Part shown: positions 1 through 12,297 of the stretch, piece after piece | How the letters are laid out: each line of letters opens with the position of its first letter | Position numbering within the stretch: the stretch's first letter is position 1 | DNA from: Eledone cirrhosa | Lineage: Eukaryota | NCBI GenBank assembly: GCA_964016885.1 | Contig: OZ024744.1 | Span: 25,296,001-25,360,000, forward strand | Reading direction: 5' to 3' | DNA: 64,000 bases | Notes under the pieces: model-generated | Told to the model about the DNA's origin: nothing | Database searches by the model: none | The model's input: only the letters and a program-made list of their open reading frames with translations | Position numbers and translations under genes: made by a program

Positions 1-40
1 CTGTACACAGCTAAGTATTCTATAAGTCTCTAGCTGTGTC

Positions 41-129
41 ATTCTCGATAAAAGCACTGGATATGTAGTCCTGAAGATTTCTAATAAGAATGAAACGCGT
101 AGATTACTTCCCTTGCTTTTATCGAGAAT
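41..129 (+). ncRNA. Type I hammerhead ribozyme (minimal stem III, PLE/retrozyme type)
   Basis: Stem I GTAGTC(65-70)/GATTAC(102-107), core CTGAAGA(71-77), stem II TTCT-AATA-AGAA, then GAAA-CGCG-TA (palindromic stem III, GUA site). Stem I is extended by a perfect 16-bp pair, 41-56/114-129. Confidence 0.85.
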
Positions 130-229
130 CTAATTGTAATACGTGACGTATTCTATTCTATAGCGATTAGGTCTTCAAAATGTTTATTATAAACATACAG
201 AATATTTTCGAATATTCTATGTCTATATT

Positions 230-276
<47 letters not shown>

Positions 277-321
277 GCTTACATATACACATATATACAT
301 ATATACATACATAAATATATA

Positions 322-737
322 CATGGTGGCTGTCAACCCGTTTTCGAGTAGGGCCACTACTTTATATCCATGTAGGAGAACCCCTGCCGATGCGCTGAAT
401 GAATGTGACTTTTTAGTCCAGCCAGCGACTTGAAAACTCTGGTACAAACACTACACTTGTGACAATTAGTGACACATAGTGCTGGGCTCATGGTACCATG
501 TGACGACAAGTGCAGAGAGATCTCCAGATATAAAGCAATGCCTGTGCCGTGAAGCTTTTATAGTGAGCAAAGGCACTGCACAAAGCCAGTCCCACTCTCT
601 TAACCAAGATGATATTTACCAAAAAGAATAACAAGTCAACATCATTGGATACCATCAGGGTTGCAGGTGTTAAATCAGAGTTTTCCCTCTCCTAGAATTC
701 TTCCTTGACTAAGGCTAAGGGGTCATCTCTCCCGGAT
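322..737 (-). mobile_element. Non-autonomous RTE-like/SINE element with (ATGT)n tail, diverged relative of 59249-59582 and 60392-60745
   Basis: Shares TCTAGGAGA.GG.AA.TC, GATGTTGA, GAGAGTGGGA.TGG and the 3' end GTGGCC.TACTCGA...AGCCA.CATGTAT with the two + strand copies. Confidence 0.6.
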
Positions 738-812
738 ATATACATATATACATACATATATACATACATATATATATATACTTACATAAATACATAAATA
801 CATACATACATA

Positions 813-1311
813 ACATGCCAATATAATATCACAAATTAGTGAAAAGGAGAATATATATGCAGAACTGATGAGAAATCTGCAGATACTCCACCCTGATTAC
901 ACCTTCAGATTTATGCCTGTGATTATTGGGGCACTGGGATATGTTAGTAACTGCCTCAATACAAATCTTGAGAAGCTAGGCTTCACAGGAACAGAAAGAA
1001 CACAACTAGTTAGGAAATTACAAGTACAATCCATTAATGGAACAGTACAAATATGTAACACATTCCAAAAAATGTTGCATCTAATAACTGCATATACACA
1101 TGTACAGATACAAGGCATATACACATGCACACATACAACTCAAAACATACACATCCACACATACAATAACATCCATATCTACACATGCAGACATACATAC
1201 ATATCTACCTAGTTGATGTTGTGTAAATTCCAATGAGAGAGTCTTGTGTCTATGTTAGAAACCGACTCTCTCTCTATTGGTAACACTTTGTGAAATTATA
1301 AAACCAGAAGA
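813..1311 (+). mobile_element. 3' fragment of an RLE-type non-LTR retrotransposon (R4/Dong-like)
   Basis: EKENIYAELMRNL...MPVIIGALG matches the C-terminus of restriction-like endonuclease LINE ORFs. The 3'UTR ends ...CCAGAAGAA followed by (CATA)n. A near-identical copy lies at 59628-60010 (-). Confidence 0.7.
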
Positions 1312-2037
1312 ACATACATACATACACAGATGCATAAATACACACTCACATCATACATAAAATATATATACATACATCTATATATACACTCACCTCACAC
1401 ATCTATACATACTCACATCATACATACAAGATGAATCAAGTGTGATTAGATCTCACATCCTGTCTCTTCTATGATTGATATTAAACAGCCTCATGGTGTT
1501 ATTTTTAATTTTTTTTTTTTGCATCGTTTATATTTTTTGATAGACAGAGAAAAAAGAAAATTTACATTAAGTAGAATGGAATGTAAAAATAAGAAAATAT
1601 ATAGAAAATATAGAGAAAAACCCTGAAAAGGGATGATAGGCAAATACTGTAGGGTCACAGAAGTATGGGTGGCGGAGGGGGATTGGACATACAGCTGCGG
1701 GCGCGGAGGTAAAGGAGCAGTGCCCCGCGGACAAGACTGCAAAATCTTTCCCCAAAAATATGTCCAGCGACAGCCGCTGCAACAGCCACCCGCCTCACAG
1801 GTCTCCTCCCTGAGACGGACCATCGACGTTCCAAAATACACTGGGTAAAAAACTACTTTGTTTTGTTTTAATTGATTTGTAATCACTTCCCCTTCGATTT
1901 TCCAAACGTATTTCTACAGGCTTTAAAAATATATTTTATCGGTCTTTCTCAGTATCATTTTTTAATATTATTTTTTTATTTGTGTTAATTTGTGTTTGTT
2001 TCTGCTTGTTTCTGATTGCCTATTCATTTCATTTAGA

Positions 2038-4560
2038 TTAACCCTTTACTATTTACATTACTCTATACATACTATTGAATTGTCACAGAAAAGGTTTTAC
2101 CTCACATAATATCTCACATGACATTTACATTACTCTATATATACTATTGTATTTTCACAGTAAAGGTTTTACCTCACATAATATCTCACATGACATTTAC
2201 ATTACTCTATATATACTATTGTATTGTCACAGTAAAGGCTTTACCTCACATAATATCTCACATGACATTTACATTACTCTATATATACTATTGTATTTTC
2301 ACAGTAAAGGTTTTACCTCACATAATATCTCACATGACATTTACATTACTCTATATATACTATTGTATTGTCACAGAAAAGGTTTTACCTCACATAATAT
2401 CTCACATGACATTTACATTACTCTATATATACTATTGTATTTTCACAGTAAAGGTTTTACCTCACATAATATCTCACATGACATTTACATTACTCTATAT
2501 ATACTATTGTATTTTCACAGTAAAGGTTTTACCTCACATAATATCTCACATGACATTTACATTACTCTATATATACTATTGTATTGTCACAGTAAAGGCT
2601 TTACCTCACATAATATCTCACATGACATTTACATTACTCTATATATACTATTGTATTTTCACAGTAAAGGTTTTACCTCACATAATATCTCACATGACAT
2701 TTACATTACTCTATATATACTATTGTATTTTCACAGTAAAGGTTTTACCTCACATAATATCTCACATGACATTTACATTACTCTATATATACTATTGTAT
2801 TTTCACAGTAAAGGTTTTACCTCACATAATATCTCACATGACATTTACATTACTCTATATTTACTATTGTATTGTCACAGAAAAGGTTTTACCTCACATA
2901 ATATCTCACATGACATTTACATTACTCTATATATACTATTGTATTTTCACAGTAAAGGTTTTACCTCACATAATATCTCACATGACATTTACATTACTCT
3001 ATATATACTATTGTATTTTCACAGTAAAGGTTTTACATCACATAATATCTCACATGACATTTACATTACTCTATATATACTATTGTATTTTCACAGTAAA
3101 GGTTTTACCTCACATAATATCTCACATAACATTTACATTACTCTATATATACTATTGTATTTTCACAGTAAAGGTTTTACCTCACATAATATCTCACATG
3201 ACATTTACATTACTCTATATTTACTATTGTATTTTCACAGTAAAGGTTTTACCTCACATAATATCTCACATGACATTTACATTACTCTATATATACTATT
3301 GTATTTTCACAGTAAAGGCTTTACTTCACATAACATTTACATTACTCTATATTTACTATTGTATTTTCACAGTAAAGGCTTTACCTCACATAATATCTCA
3401 CATGACATTTACATTACTCTATATATACTATTGTATTTTCACAGTAAAGGTTTTACCTCACATAATATCTCACATGACATTTACATTACTCTATATATAC
3501 TATTGTATTTTCACAGTAAAGGCTTTACTTCACATAACATTTACATTACTCTATATTTACTATTGTATTTTCACAGTAAAGGCTTTACCTCACATAATAT
3601 CTCACATGACATTTACATTACTCTATATATACTATTGTATTGTCACAGTAAAGGCTTTACCTCACATAATATCTCACATGACATTTACATTACTCTATAT
3701 ATACTATTGTATTTTCACAGTAAAGGTTTTACCTCACATAATATCTCACATGACATTTACATTACTCTATATATACTATTGTATTGTCACAGAAAAGGTT
3801 TTACCTCACATAATATCTCACATGACATTTACATTACTCTATATATACTATTGTATTTTCACAGTAAAGGTTTTACCTCACATAATATCTCACATGACAT
3901 TTACATTACTCTATATATACTATTGTATTTTCACAGTAAAGGTTTTACCTCACATAATATCTCACATGACATTTACATTACTCTATATATACTATTGTAT
4001 TGTCACAGTAAAGGCTTTACCTCACATAATATCACACATGACATTTACATTACTCTATATATACTATTGTATTTTCACAGTAAAGGTTTTACCTCACATA
4101 ATATCTCACATGACATTTACATTACTCTATATATACTATTGTATTTTCCAGTAAAGGTTTTACCTCACATAATATCTCACATGACATTTACATTACTCTA
4201 TATATACTATTGTATTTTCACAGTAAAGGTTTTACCTCACATAATATCTCACATGACATTTACATTACTCTATATTTACTATTGTATTGTCACAGAAAAG
4301 GTTTTACCTCACATAATATCTCACATGACATTTACATTACTCTATATATACTATTGTATTTTCACAGTAAAGGTTTTACCTCACATAATATCTCACATGA
4401 CATTTACATTACTCTATATATACTATTGTATTTTCACAGTAAAGGCTTTACCTCACATAATATCTCACATGACATTTACATTACTCTATATATACTATTG
4501 TATTGTCACAGTAAAGGCTTTACCTCACATAATATCTCATAACATTTACATTACTCTATA
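2038..4560 (+). repeat. 72-bp tandem repeat, about 35 units, including two 60-bp variant units
   Basis: Unit CACAGTAAAGGTTTTACCTCACATAATATCTCACATGACATTTACATTACTCTATATATACTATTGTATTTT gives the 24-aa period of the spurious ORFs. The array begins at TTAACCCTTTACT. Confidence 0.97.
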
Positions 4561-5360
4561 TTTCTTCTTCTTCTTCTTCTTCTTCTTCTTCTTCTTCTTC
4601 TTCTTCTTCTTCTTCTTCTTCTTCTTCTTCTTCTTCTTCTTCTTCTTCTTCTTCTTCTTCTTCTTCTTCTTCTTCTTCTTCTTCTTCTTGAGAGAGTCGT
4701 GGGGGCAGAGACCTCAAACACTCCTTCCAGCAGGTCCTGTCAGAAGCAACCGTCTCCAACTGATCCGGCTGGATACCCAAGTGAGATCAGCCAATCTCAT
4801 GGATGTTATCCAACCATATTGTTCGGGGTCTATCCCTGGGTTTCTTACTCATTGGTTTTACCCGTAGAATCCGTCCAACAATTCTTTCCTGAGACATGTC
4901 CATAGTATCAGAGCTGTGGTCTCTCAATTTGGAGAAGTAGCAGCTCTACCTACAGTGACTCTCTGATCTCCGAGCTACGCACGTTATCAAGTAATGTTAC
5001 TCCAAAGACCATCAGAGGAACATCATTTCGGCTGCTTGTATTCGCGATCATATTCCTGCGCTCATAACCCCAAATTCATGATTATAGGCAAAGGTTAGTG
5101 CGAACAGCGAATACCGAATTGAAGATAGCAAGTTTGGCTTTTACACCTAGTTCCCTTCTTCTGAATGCTGAAGCTGGCTCATTACTGCGCCAGCTTTTGC
5201 AGTTCTGGTACTTAATTCAGCCTCTTGCCTTCCATCACTCGTGAACACAGCCCCGAGATACTTGAACTTCTCCACCTGCTTCAGTGGAACTCTATTTCCA
5301 TGTAACCTGCACTGCACAGGCTTCCTTGAGAGGACGGGTCTCTCAGTTTTCGCAACACTT
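4561..5360 (-). mobile_element. 5'-truncated, decayed RTE-clade LINE with (GAA)n tail
   Basis: LKQVEKFKYLGAVFTSDG...RTAKA (post-RT region) and the terminal ..ASDRTCWKE..; (TTC)n at 4561-4689 is the tail on the minus strand. Confidence 0.8.
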
Positions 5361-5595
5361 ATTTGTAGGTGAGGAGTAGGAAGTATTGTGGCAATGTGGT
5401 GTGAAGTGAGGAAGAGGTATTGTGGGAATGTGGTGTGAGGTGAGGAGGAGGAGGAGTAGTGGGAACATAACCAATCACACGATTCTATACACACACATTT
5501 TTACACACACAAAAGCATCTTTCTATATTTAGTCAGGTATATCTGTCATTTCTTCCCACTTATCACAGTAAATATTTGTCCTAAGGCAGTAGAAA

Positions 5596-6645
5596 TGACT
5601 GAGGAAGGAAGGGTGATGACGTCGACTGAGGAAGGAAGGGTGATTACGTCATCTGAGGAAGGAAGGGGTGTTTACGTCATCTGAGGAAGGAAGGGTGATT
5701 ACGTGATCTGAGGAAGGAAGGGGTGTTTACGTCATCTGACGAAGGAAGGGTGATTACGTCATCTGAGGAAGGAAGGGGTGATAACATCGACTGAGGAAAG
5801 AGAGAGTGATAACGTCGACTGAGGAAGGAGGGGGTTATGACGTCATCTGAGGAAGGAAGGGGTCATAACGTCATCTGAGGAAGGAAGGGATGAATACGTC
5901 ATCTGAGGAAGGAAGGGTGATTACGTCATCTGAGGAAGGAAGGGGTGTTTACGTCATCTGAGGAAGGAAGGGGTGATAACATCGACTGAGGAAAGAGAGA
6001 GTGATAACGTCGACTGAGGAAGGAGGGGGTTATGACGTCATGTGAGGAAGGAAGGGGTGATAACGTCATCTGAGGAAGGAAGGGATGAATACGTCATCTG
6101 AGAAAGGAAGGGGTGATAACGTCAACTGAGGAAGGAGGGGGTGATAACGTCGACTGAGGAAGGAGGGGTTATGACGTCGACTGAGGAAGGAGGGGGTGAT
6201 AACGTCGACTGAGGAAGGAGGGGGTTATGACGTCGATTGAGGAAGGAAGGGGTGATTATGTCATCTGTGGAATTAAGGGGTCATAACGTCGACTGAGGAA
6301 GGAAGGGGTGATAACGTCGACTGAGGAAGCAAGGGATGATAACGTCATCTGAGGAAGGAAGGGGTGATTACGTCATCTGAGGAAGGAAGGGGTGATGACA
6401 TCGACTGAGGAAGGAAGGGTGATTACGTTGACTGAGGAAGGAGGGGTTATGACGTCGACTGAGGAAGGAAGGGGTGATTACTTCGACTGACGAAGGAAGG
6501 GGTGATAACATCAACTGAGGAAGGAAGGGGTGATAACGTCGACTGAGTAAGGAAGGGTGATAACGTCGACTGAGGAAGGAAGCGGTGATAATGTCGACTG
6601 AGGAAGGAAGGGGGGATTACGCAGACTGAGGAAGGAGGGGGTGAG
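5596..6645 (+). repeat. 27-28 bp minisatellite, about 38 units
   Basis: Unit CTGAGGAAGGAAGGGGTGATAACGTC(GA/AT). The flanks are homologous to 47870-48350 (-). Confidence 0.95.
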
Positions 6646-6762
6646 AGAAACTATAGAGGTCCAGCGTTCTAAGATTCATCACAGCTGTGTGTTTGTATGT
6701 TTGTATCACTTGTGTGAGAGAGTGCGAAGGAACCAACCACAAATATCTCTTTTTTTATTATT

Positions 6763-6944
6763 CGGTGAATTGGCAGTATCGGTAGAGGGTCGGGCGCCAT
6801 GCTTTGCAGCACATTTACGTCCCTTTACGGACTGAGGTCAAATCCCGCCGAGGTTAACTTTGCCTTTCATCCTTACGGGGTTGATAAAATAAAGTACTAG
6901 TAATACACTGGGATAATTGCTGGCCTTAAGTAGAAACAATTATT
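6763..6944 (+). mobile_element. tRNA-derived SINE with Nin/Deu-type central domain
   Basis: A-box-like TGGCAGTATCGG, B-box-like GAGGTCAAATCC, central GCCTTTCATCCTTACGGGGT.GATAAAATAAAGTAC; more than 10 copies in the window. Confidence 0.85.
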
Positions 6945-7292
6945 ATATATATATATATATTAGAATTAGGCGTCATTTCTGATGAGACGGGGCTATCTAG
7001 TCCTATAATGATAAATTAGAACAGTTTACGTAGCAAACAGAGTGATTAATTTTCACTGGCAGATATTGAAAGAACAACTCAATTGCCATCACCCGTGGGT
7101 GGAGTTGTTGGAATCTCAGGACTGATTGATAGCGTAGCGTTTCCTAGTCAGGTTGTTGTCAGCAAGAATGTTAGCAACCGCTTCTCATTATATACATCCC
7201 GCCGATGTTAACTTTGCTTTTCATCCATAAAAATAAAGTACCAGTAATGTACTGTTTAATTGCTGGCCTTGTGCCAAAAGTAGTAACAACTA

Positions 7293-7786
7293 TATACACA
7301 TACACAGATTATACATAAACACACACAGATACACAGCTAGACACACACATACACACACATAGACCCACACATACACATACACAGACAAACATAGACACAC
7401 ACACACACACACACACACAAACAAACATAGACGCACACATACACACACAGACAATCATAGACACACATATACACACACACATAAAAACATAGACACATAC
7501 ACACCCACCACCACACAATCACACAAACAAACACCACGCAGACAAGCACATGGAGACACATGCACGTATACACACACAGAGACACACAAAATAACACACG
7601 TATTCACTGTAAGACATACAGACACACACAGAGCCACAAGCACACACTCACACAGATTCTCACACACACAGATATACATATATACACAGAAACAGACGCA
7701 GACACACATAAACGGGTACACATACTCAATCACACATTGAAACAGACACATACTCACACACACACTCATACAAAGACTTACACACG
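7293..7786. repeat. Degenerate (CA)n-rich simple repeat
   Basis: Direct reading of the sequence. Confidence 0.9.
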
Positions 7787-10700
7787 TGTTGTGGTGCTTG
7801 TAATTGTTGTGGTGGTGATGGTGGTGGTTGTTGTGGTTGTTGTTATGGTGGTTGTGGTGGTTGTGGTGATTGTGGTAGTTGTGGTGGTGGTGGTTGTTCT
7901 GGTTGTTGTTATGGTGGTTGTGGTGGTTGTGGTGATTGTGGTTGTGTGGTTGTTGTTATGGCGGTTGTGGGTAGTTGTGGTAGTTGTGGTACTTGTTGTG
8001 GTGGTTGTTGTGGTTGTTGTGGTGGTTGTGGTGGTTGTGGTGGTTGTTGTGGTGATGTTGTGGTGGTTGTGGTGGTTGTGGTATTTGTTGTGTTTGTTGT
8101 GGTGGTTGTTGTGGTTGTTGTGGTGGTTGTTGTGGTGGATGTGATGGTTATGGTGATTGTGGTGGTGGTGGTGGTGGTGGTGGTGGTTGTGGTAGTGGTG
8201 GTGGTTGTGGTGGTAGTGGTGGTGGGTGTGGTGGTTGTTATGGTGGTTGTGGTAGTTGTGGTGGTTGTGGTAGTTGTTGTGTTTGTTGTGGTGGTTGTTG
8301 TGGTTGTTGTGGTGGTTGTGGTGGTTGTGGAGGTTGTGGTGGTGGTGGTTGTGCAGGTTTTTGTTGTGGTGGTGGTAGTGGTGGTAGTGGAGGTGGTGGT
8401 AGTTGTGGTAGTGGTGGTTGTGGTGGTTGTTGTGGTGGTTGTTGTGGTTGTGTGCTGGTTGTGATAGTTGTGGTAGTGGTGGTGGTTTTGGTGGTTGTGG
8501 TAGTCGTGGTGGTTGTGGTGGTTGTGGTGGTGGTGGTAGTGGTGGTGGTGGTTGTTATGGTGGTTGTGGTGGTTGTGGTGGTTATGGTGGTTGTGGTGGT
8601 GGTTGTGGTGGTTGTGGTAGTTGTGGTACTTGTTGTGGTGGTTGTTGTGGTTGTTGTGGTAGTTGTGGTGGTTGTGGTGGTTGTTGTGGTGATGTTGTGG
8701 TGGTTGTGATGGTTGTGGTGGTTGTGGTATTTGTTGTGTTTGTTGTGGTGGTTGTTGTGGTTGTTGTGGTGGTTGTGGTGGTTGTGGAGGTTGTGGTGGT
8801 GGTGGTTGTGCAGGTTGTTGTTGTGGTGGTGGTATGGTGGTAGTGGAGGTGGTGGTAGTTGTGGTAGTGGTGGTTGTGGTGGTTGTTGTGGTGGTTGTTG
8901 TGGTTGTTGTGGTGGTTGTGATAGTTGTGGTAGTGGTGGTGGTTTTGGTGGTTGTGGTAGTCGTGGTGGTTGTGGTGGTTGTGGTGGTGGTGGTAGTGGT
9001 GGTGGTGGTTGTTATGGTGGTTGTGGTGGTTGTGGTGGTTGTGGTGGTTATGGTGGTTGTGGTGGTGGTTGTGGTGGTTGTGGTAGTTGTGGTGGTGGTG
9101 GTGGTTGTGGTGGTTGTTTTTGTTGTGGTGGTGGTGGTGGTGGTATTGGAGGTAGTGGTAGTTGTGGTAGTGGTGGTTGTGGTGGTTGTTGTGGTTGTTG
9201 TTGTGATTGTTGTGGTGGTTGTGATAGTTGTGGTAGTGGTGGTAGTTGTGGGGGTTGTGGTGGTGGTGGTGGTGGTGGTAGTGGTTGTGGTGGTTGCGGT
9301 GGTTGTGGTGGTTGTGGTGGTCGTGGTGTTTGTGGTGGTTGTGGTAGTGGTGGTGGGTGTGGTGTTTGTGGTGGCTGTGGTGGTTGTGGTAGTGGTGGTG
9401 GTTGTGGTGGTGGTTGTGGTGGTTCTTGTGTTTGTTGTGGAGTGTGTGGTGGTTGTGGTGGTTGTTGTGGTGGTTGTTGTGGTTGTTGTGGTGGTTGTGA
9501 TAGTTGTGGTAGTGGTGGTGGTTTTGGTGGTTGTGGTAGTCGTGGTGGTTGTGGTGGTTGTGGTGGTGGTGGTAGTGGTGGTGGTGGTTGTTATGGTGGT
9601 TGTGGTGGTTGTGGTGGTTGTGGTGGTTATGGTGGTTGTGGTGGTGGTTGTGGTGGTTGTGGTAGTTGTGGTGGTGGTGGTGGTTGTGGTGGTTGTTGTG
9701 TTTGTTGTGGAGTGTGTGGTGGTTGTGGAGGTTGTGGTGGTGGTCGTTGTGGAGGTTGTTGTTGTGGTGGTGGTAGTGGTGGTAGTGGAGGTGGTGGTAG
9801 TTGTGGTAGTGGTGGCTGTGGTGGTTGTTGTGGTGGTTGTTGTGGTTGTTGTGGTGGTTGTGATAGTTGTGGTAGTGGTGGTGGTTTTGGTGGTTGTGGT
9901 AGTCGTGGTGGTTGTGGTGGTTGTGGTGGTGGTGGTAGTGGTTGCGGTGGTTGTGGTAGTGGTGGTGGTTGTGGTGGTTCTTGTGGTTGTTGTGGAGTGT
10001 GAGGTGGTTGTGGTAGTTGTGGTAGTGGTGGTGGTTGTGGTGGTTGTTGTCGTGGTTGTTGTTGTTGTTGTGGTGGTTGTGGTAGTTGTGGTAGTGGTGG
10101 TGGTGTTGGTTGTTTTGGTGGTTGTGGTGGTTGTTGTGGTGCCGGTTGTGGTGATTGTGGTGGTGGTGGTAGTGGTGGTGGTTGTGTTGGTTATGGTGGT
10201 TGTGGTGGTGGTGGTGGTGTATGTGGTGGTTGTGGTAGTTGTAGTAGTTGTGCTAGTTGTGGTAGTTGTTGTGGTTGTGGTGGTTGTGGTGGTTATGGTG
10301 GTTGTGGTAGTTGTGGTAGTTGTGGTGGTTGTGGTGGTTGAGGTGGTTGTGGTAGTTGTGATAGTTGTGGTGGTTGTGGTAGTTGTGGTAGTTGTGGTGG
10401 TTGTGGTGGTTGTGGTAGTTGTGATAGTTGTGGTGGTATTGGTGGTCGTGGTGGTTGAGGTGGTTGTGGTGGTTGTGGTGGTTGTGGTAGTTGTGGTAGT
10501 TGTGGTGGTTGTGGTGGTTGTAGTAGTTGTGGTGGTTGTGGTGGCTGTGGTAGTTGTGGTCGTTGTAAGGGTTGTGGGTGTAGTGGTGGTTGTGGAGGTT
10601 GTGGTTGTAGTTGTGGTTGTGTTCGTATGGTGGCTGGGGTGGTTGTGGTGGTTGTGGTGGTTGTGGTCAGTTGTGGTAGTTGCGGTAGTTGTGTTGGTTG

Positions 10701-12165
10701 TGGTGATTGTGGTAGTGGTGGTAGGTGTGGTGTTTGTAGTGGTTGTGGTGGTTGTGGTAGTTGTGGTAGTTGTGATGGTTGTGGTAGTTGTGGTAGTTGT
10801 GGTGCTTGTGGTCGTTGTGGTAGTTGTGGTGGTAGTGGTGGTTCTGGTTTTTGTGGTGGTTGTGATGGTTGTGGTGGTTGTAGTGGTAGTGGTGGTGGTT
10901 GTGGTAGTGTTGGTAGTTGTGGTGGTTGTGGTGGTTGTGGTGGTTGTAGTGGTTGTGGTGGTTGTGGTAGTGGTGGTAGTTGTGGTAGTTGTGGTGGTTG
11001 TGGTAGTTGTGGTGGTTGTGGTAGTTGTGGTGTTTGTGGTAGTTGTGGTTGTTGTGGTAGTTGTGGTGGTTGTGTTAGTTGTAGTTTTGGTGGTTGTGGT
11101 GATTGTGGTTGTTGTGGTAGCTGTGGTAGTTGTGGTGGTGTGGTGGTCGTGGTGGTGGTGGTAGTTGTCGTGCTTGTGGTGGTTGTGGTTGTTGTGGTAG
11201 TTATGGTAGTTGTGGTAGTTGTGGTTTTTGTGGTGGTTGTGGTAGTTGTGGTAGTTTTGGTGGTAGTGGTGGTGGTGGTAGTGTCGGTAATTGTGCTGGT
11301 TGTGATGGTTGTGGTAGTTATGGTGGTTGTGATGGTTGTGGTGGTTTCGGTAGTTGTGGTCGTGGTGGTAGTTGCTGTAGTTGTGGTAGTTGTGGTAGTT
11401 GTGGTGGTTCTAGTGGTTGTGGTAGTTGTGGTGGTTCTGGTGGTTGTACTGATTGTGGTAATTGTGGTAGTTGTGGTAGTTGTGGTAGTTGTGGTGGTTG
11501 TGGTGGTTGTTGTGGTTGTGGTGGTGGTGGTTATGGTGGTAGTTGTGATAGTTGTGCTGGTTGTGCTGGTTGTGGTGGTGGTGGTAGTGGTGGTTGTGGT
11601 GGTTGTGGTGATTGTGGTGGTGGTGGTAGTCGTGGTTGTGGTGTGTGTGGTGGTTGTCGTGGTGGTGGTGGTTGTGGTGGTTGTGATGGTTGTTGTTGTG
11701 GTGGTTGTGGTGGTAGTTCGTGGTAGTTGTGGTGGTTTTGGAGGTGGCTGTTGTTGTGGTGGTTGAGGTGGCTCTGGTGGTGGTGGTGGTTGTGGTGGTT
11801 GTGGTGGTTGTGGTAGTTGTAGTGGTGGGGTGGTTGTGGTGGTCGTGGTGGTTGTGGTGGCTGTGGTGGTGGTGGTTGTGGTGGTAGTGGTGGTTGTGGT
11901 GGTTGTAGTGGTTGTGGTGGTGATGGTAGTGTTGGTTGTGTTGGTAGTTGTGGTAGTTGTGGTGGTTGTGGTGGTTGTGGTGGTTGTGGTGGTTGTGTTA
12001 GTGGTTGTTGTGTTGGTTGTGGTGGTAGTTGTAGTAGTTGTGGTGGTGGTTGTGGTAATTGTGGTGGTTGTGGTAATTGTTGTAGTTGTGGTAGTTGTGG
12101 TGGTAGTTGTGGTGGTGGTAATTGTTGTAGTTGTGGCGGTAGTGGTGGTAGTGGTTAGTGATTGT
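7787..12165. repeat. Cryptic (GTG/GTT/GTA)n trinucleotide array, 4.4 kb
   Basis: Almost pure G/T triplets with internal block duplications and several register shifts. Confidence 0.97.
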
Positions 12166-12297
12166 AATGTTTGGTACTGGTATAATGGTTGTGAATGCCA
12201 CATTTGGTATGATGGTTGTATCAAGCTGGTTGGTTGTAAATTGGAACTAGAAACGATTCACCCCAAACTCTTCATTCACATTATACCAGATCCCTGC

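Noticed and set aside
2075-4867. 930-aa and 678-aa ORFs
   Set aside because: Translations of a 72-bp unit open in two frames; a frameshift near 4149; the longer one runs into an antisense RTE tail.
5596-6645. CRISPR-like or tandem-hammerhead reading of the CTGAGGA minisatellite
   Set aside because: No unique spacers, no cas genes, and no GAAA/stem architecture.
6975-7190. CTGATGAG in an island between TA tracts
   Set aside because: Could not find a matching GAAA/NUH with stem I pairing.
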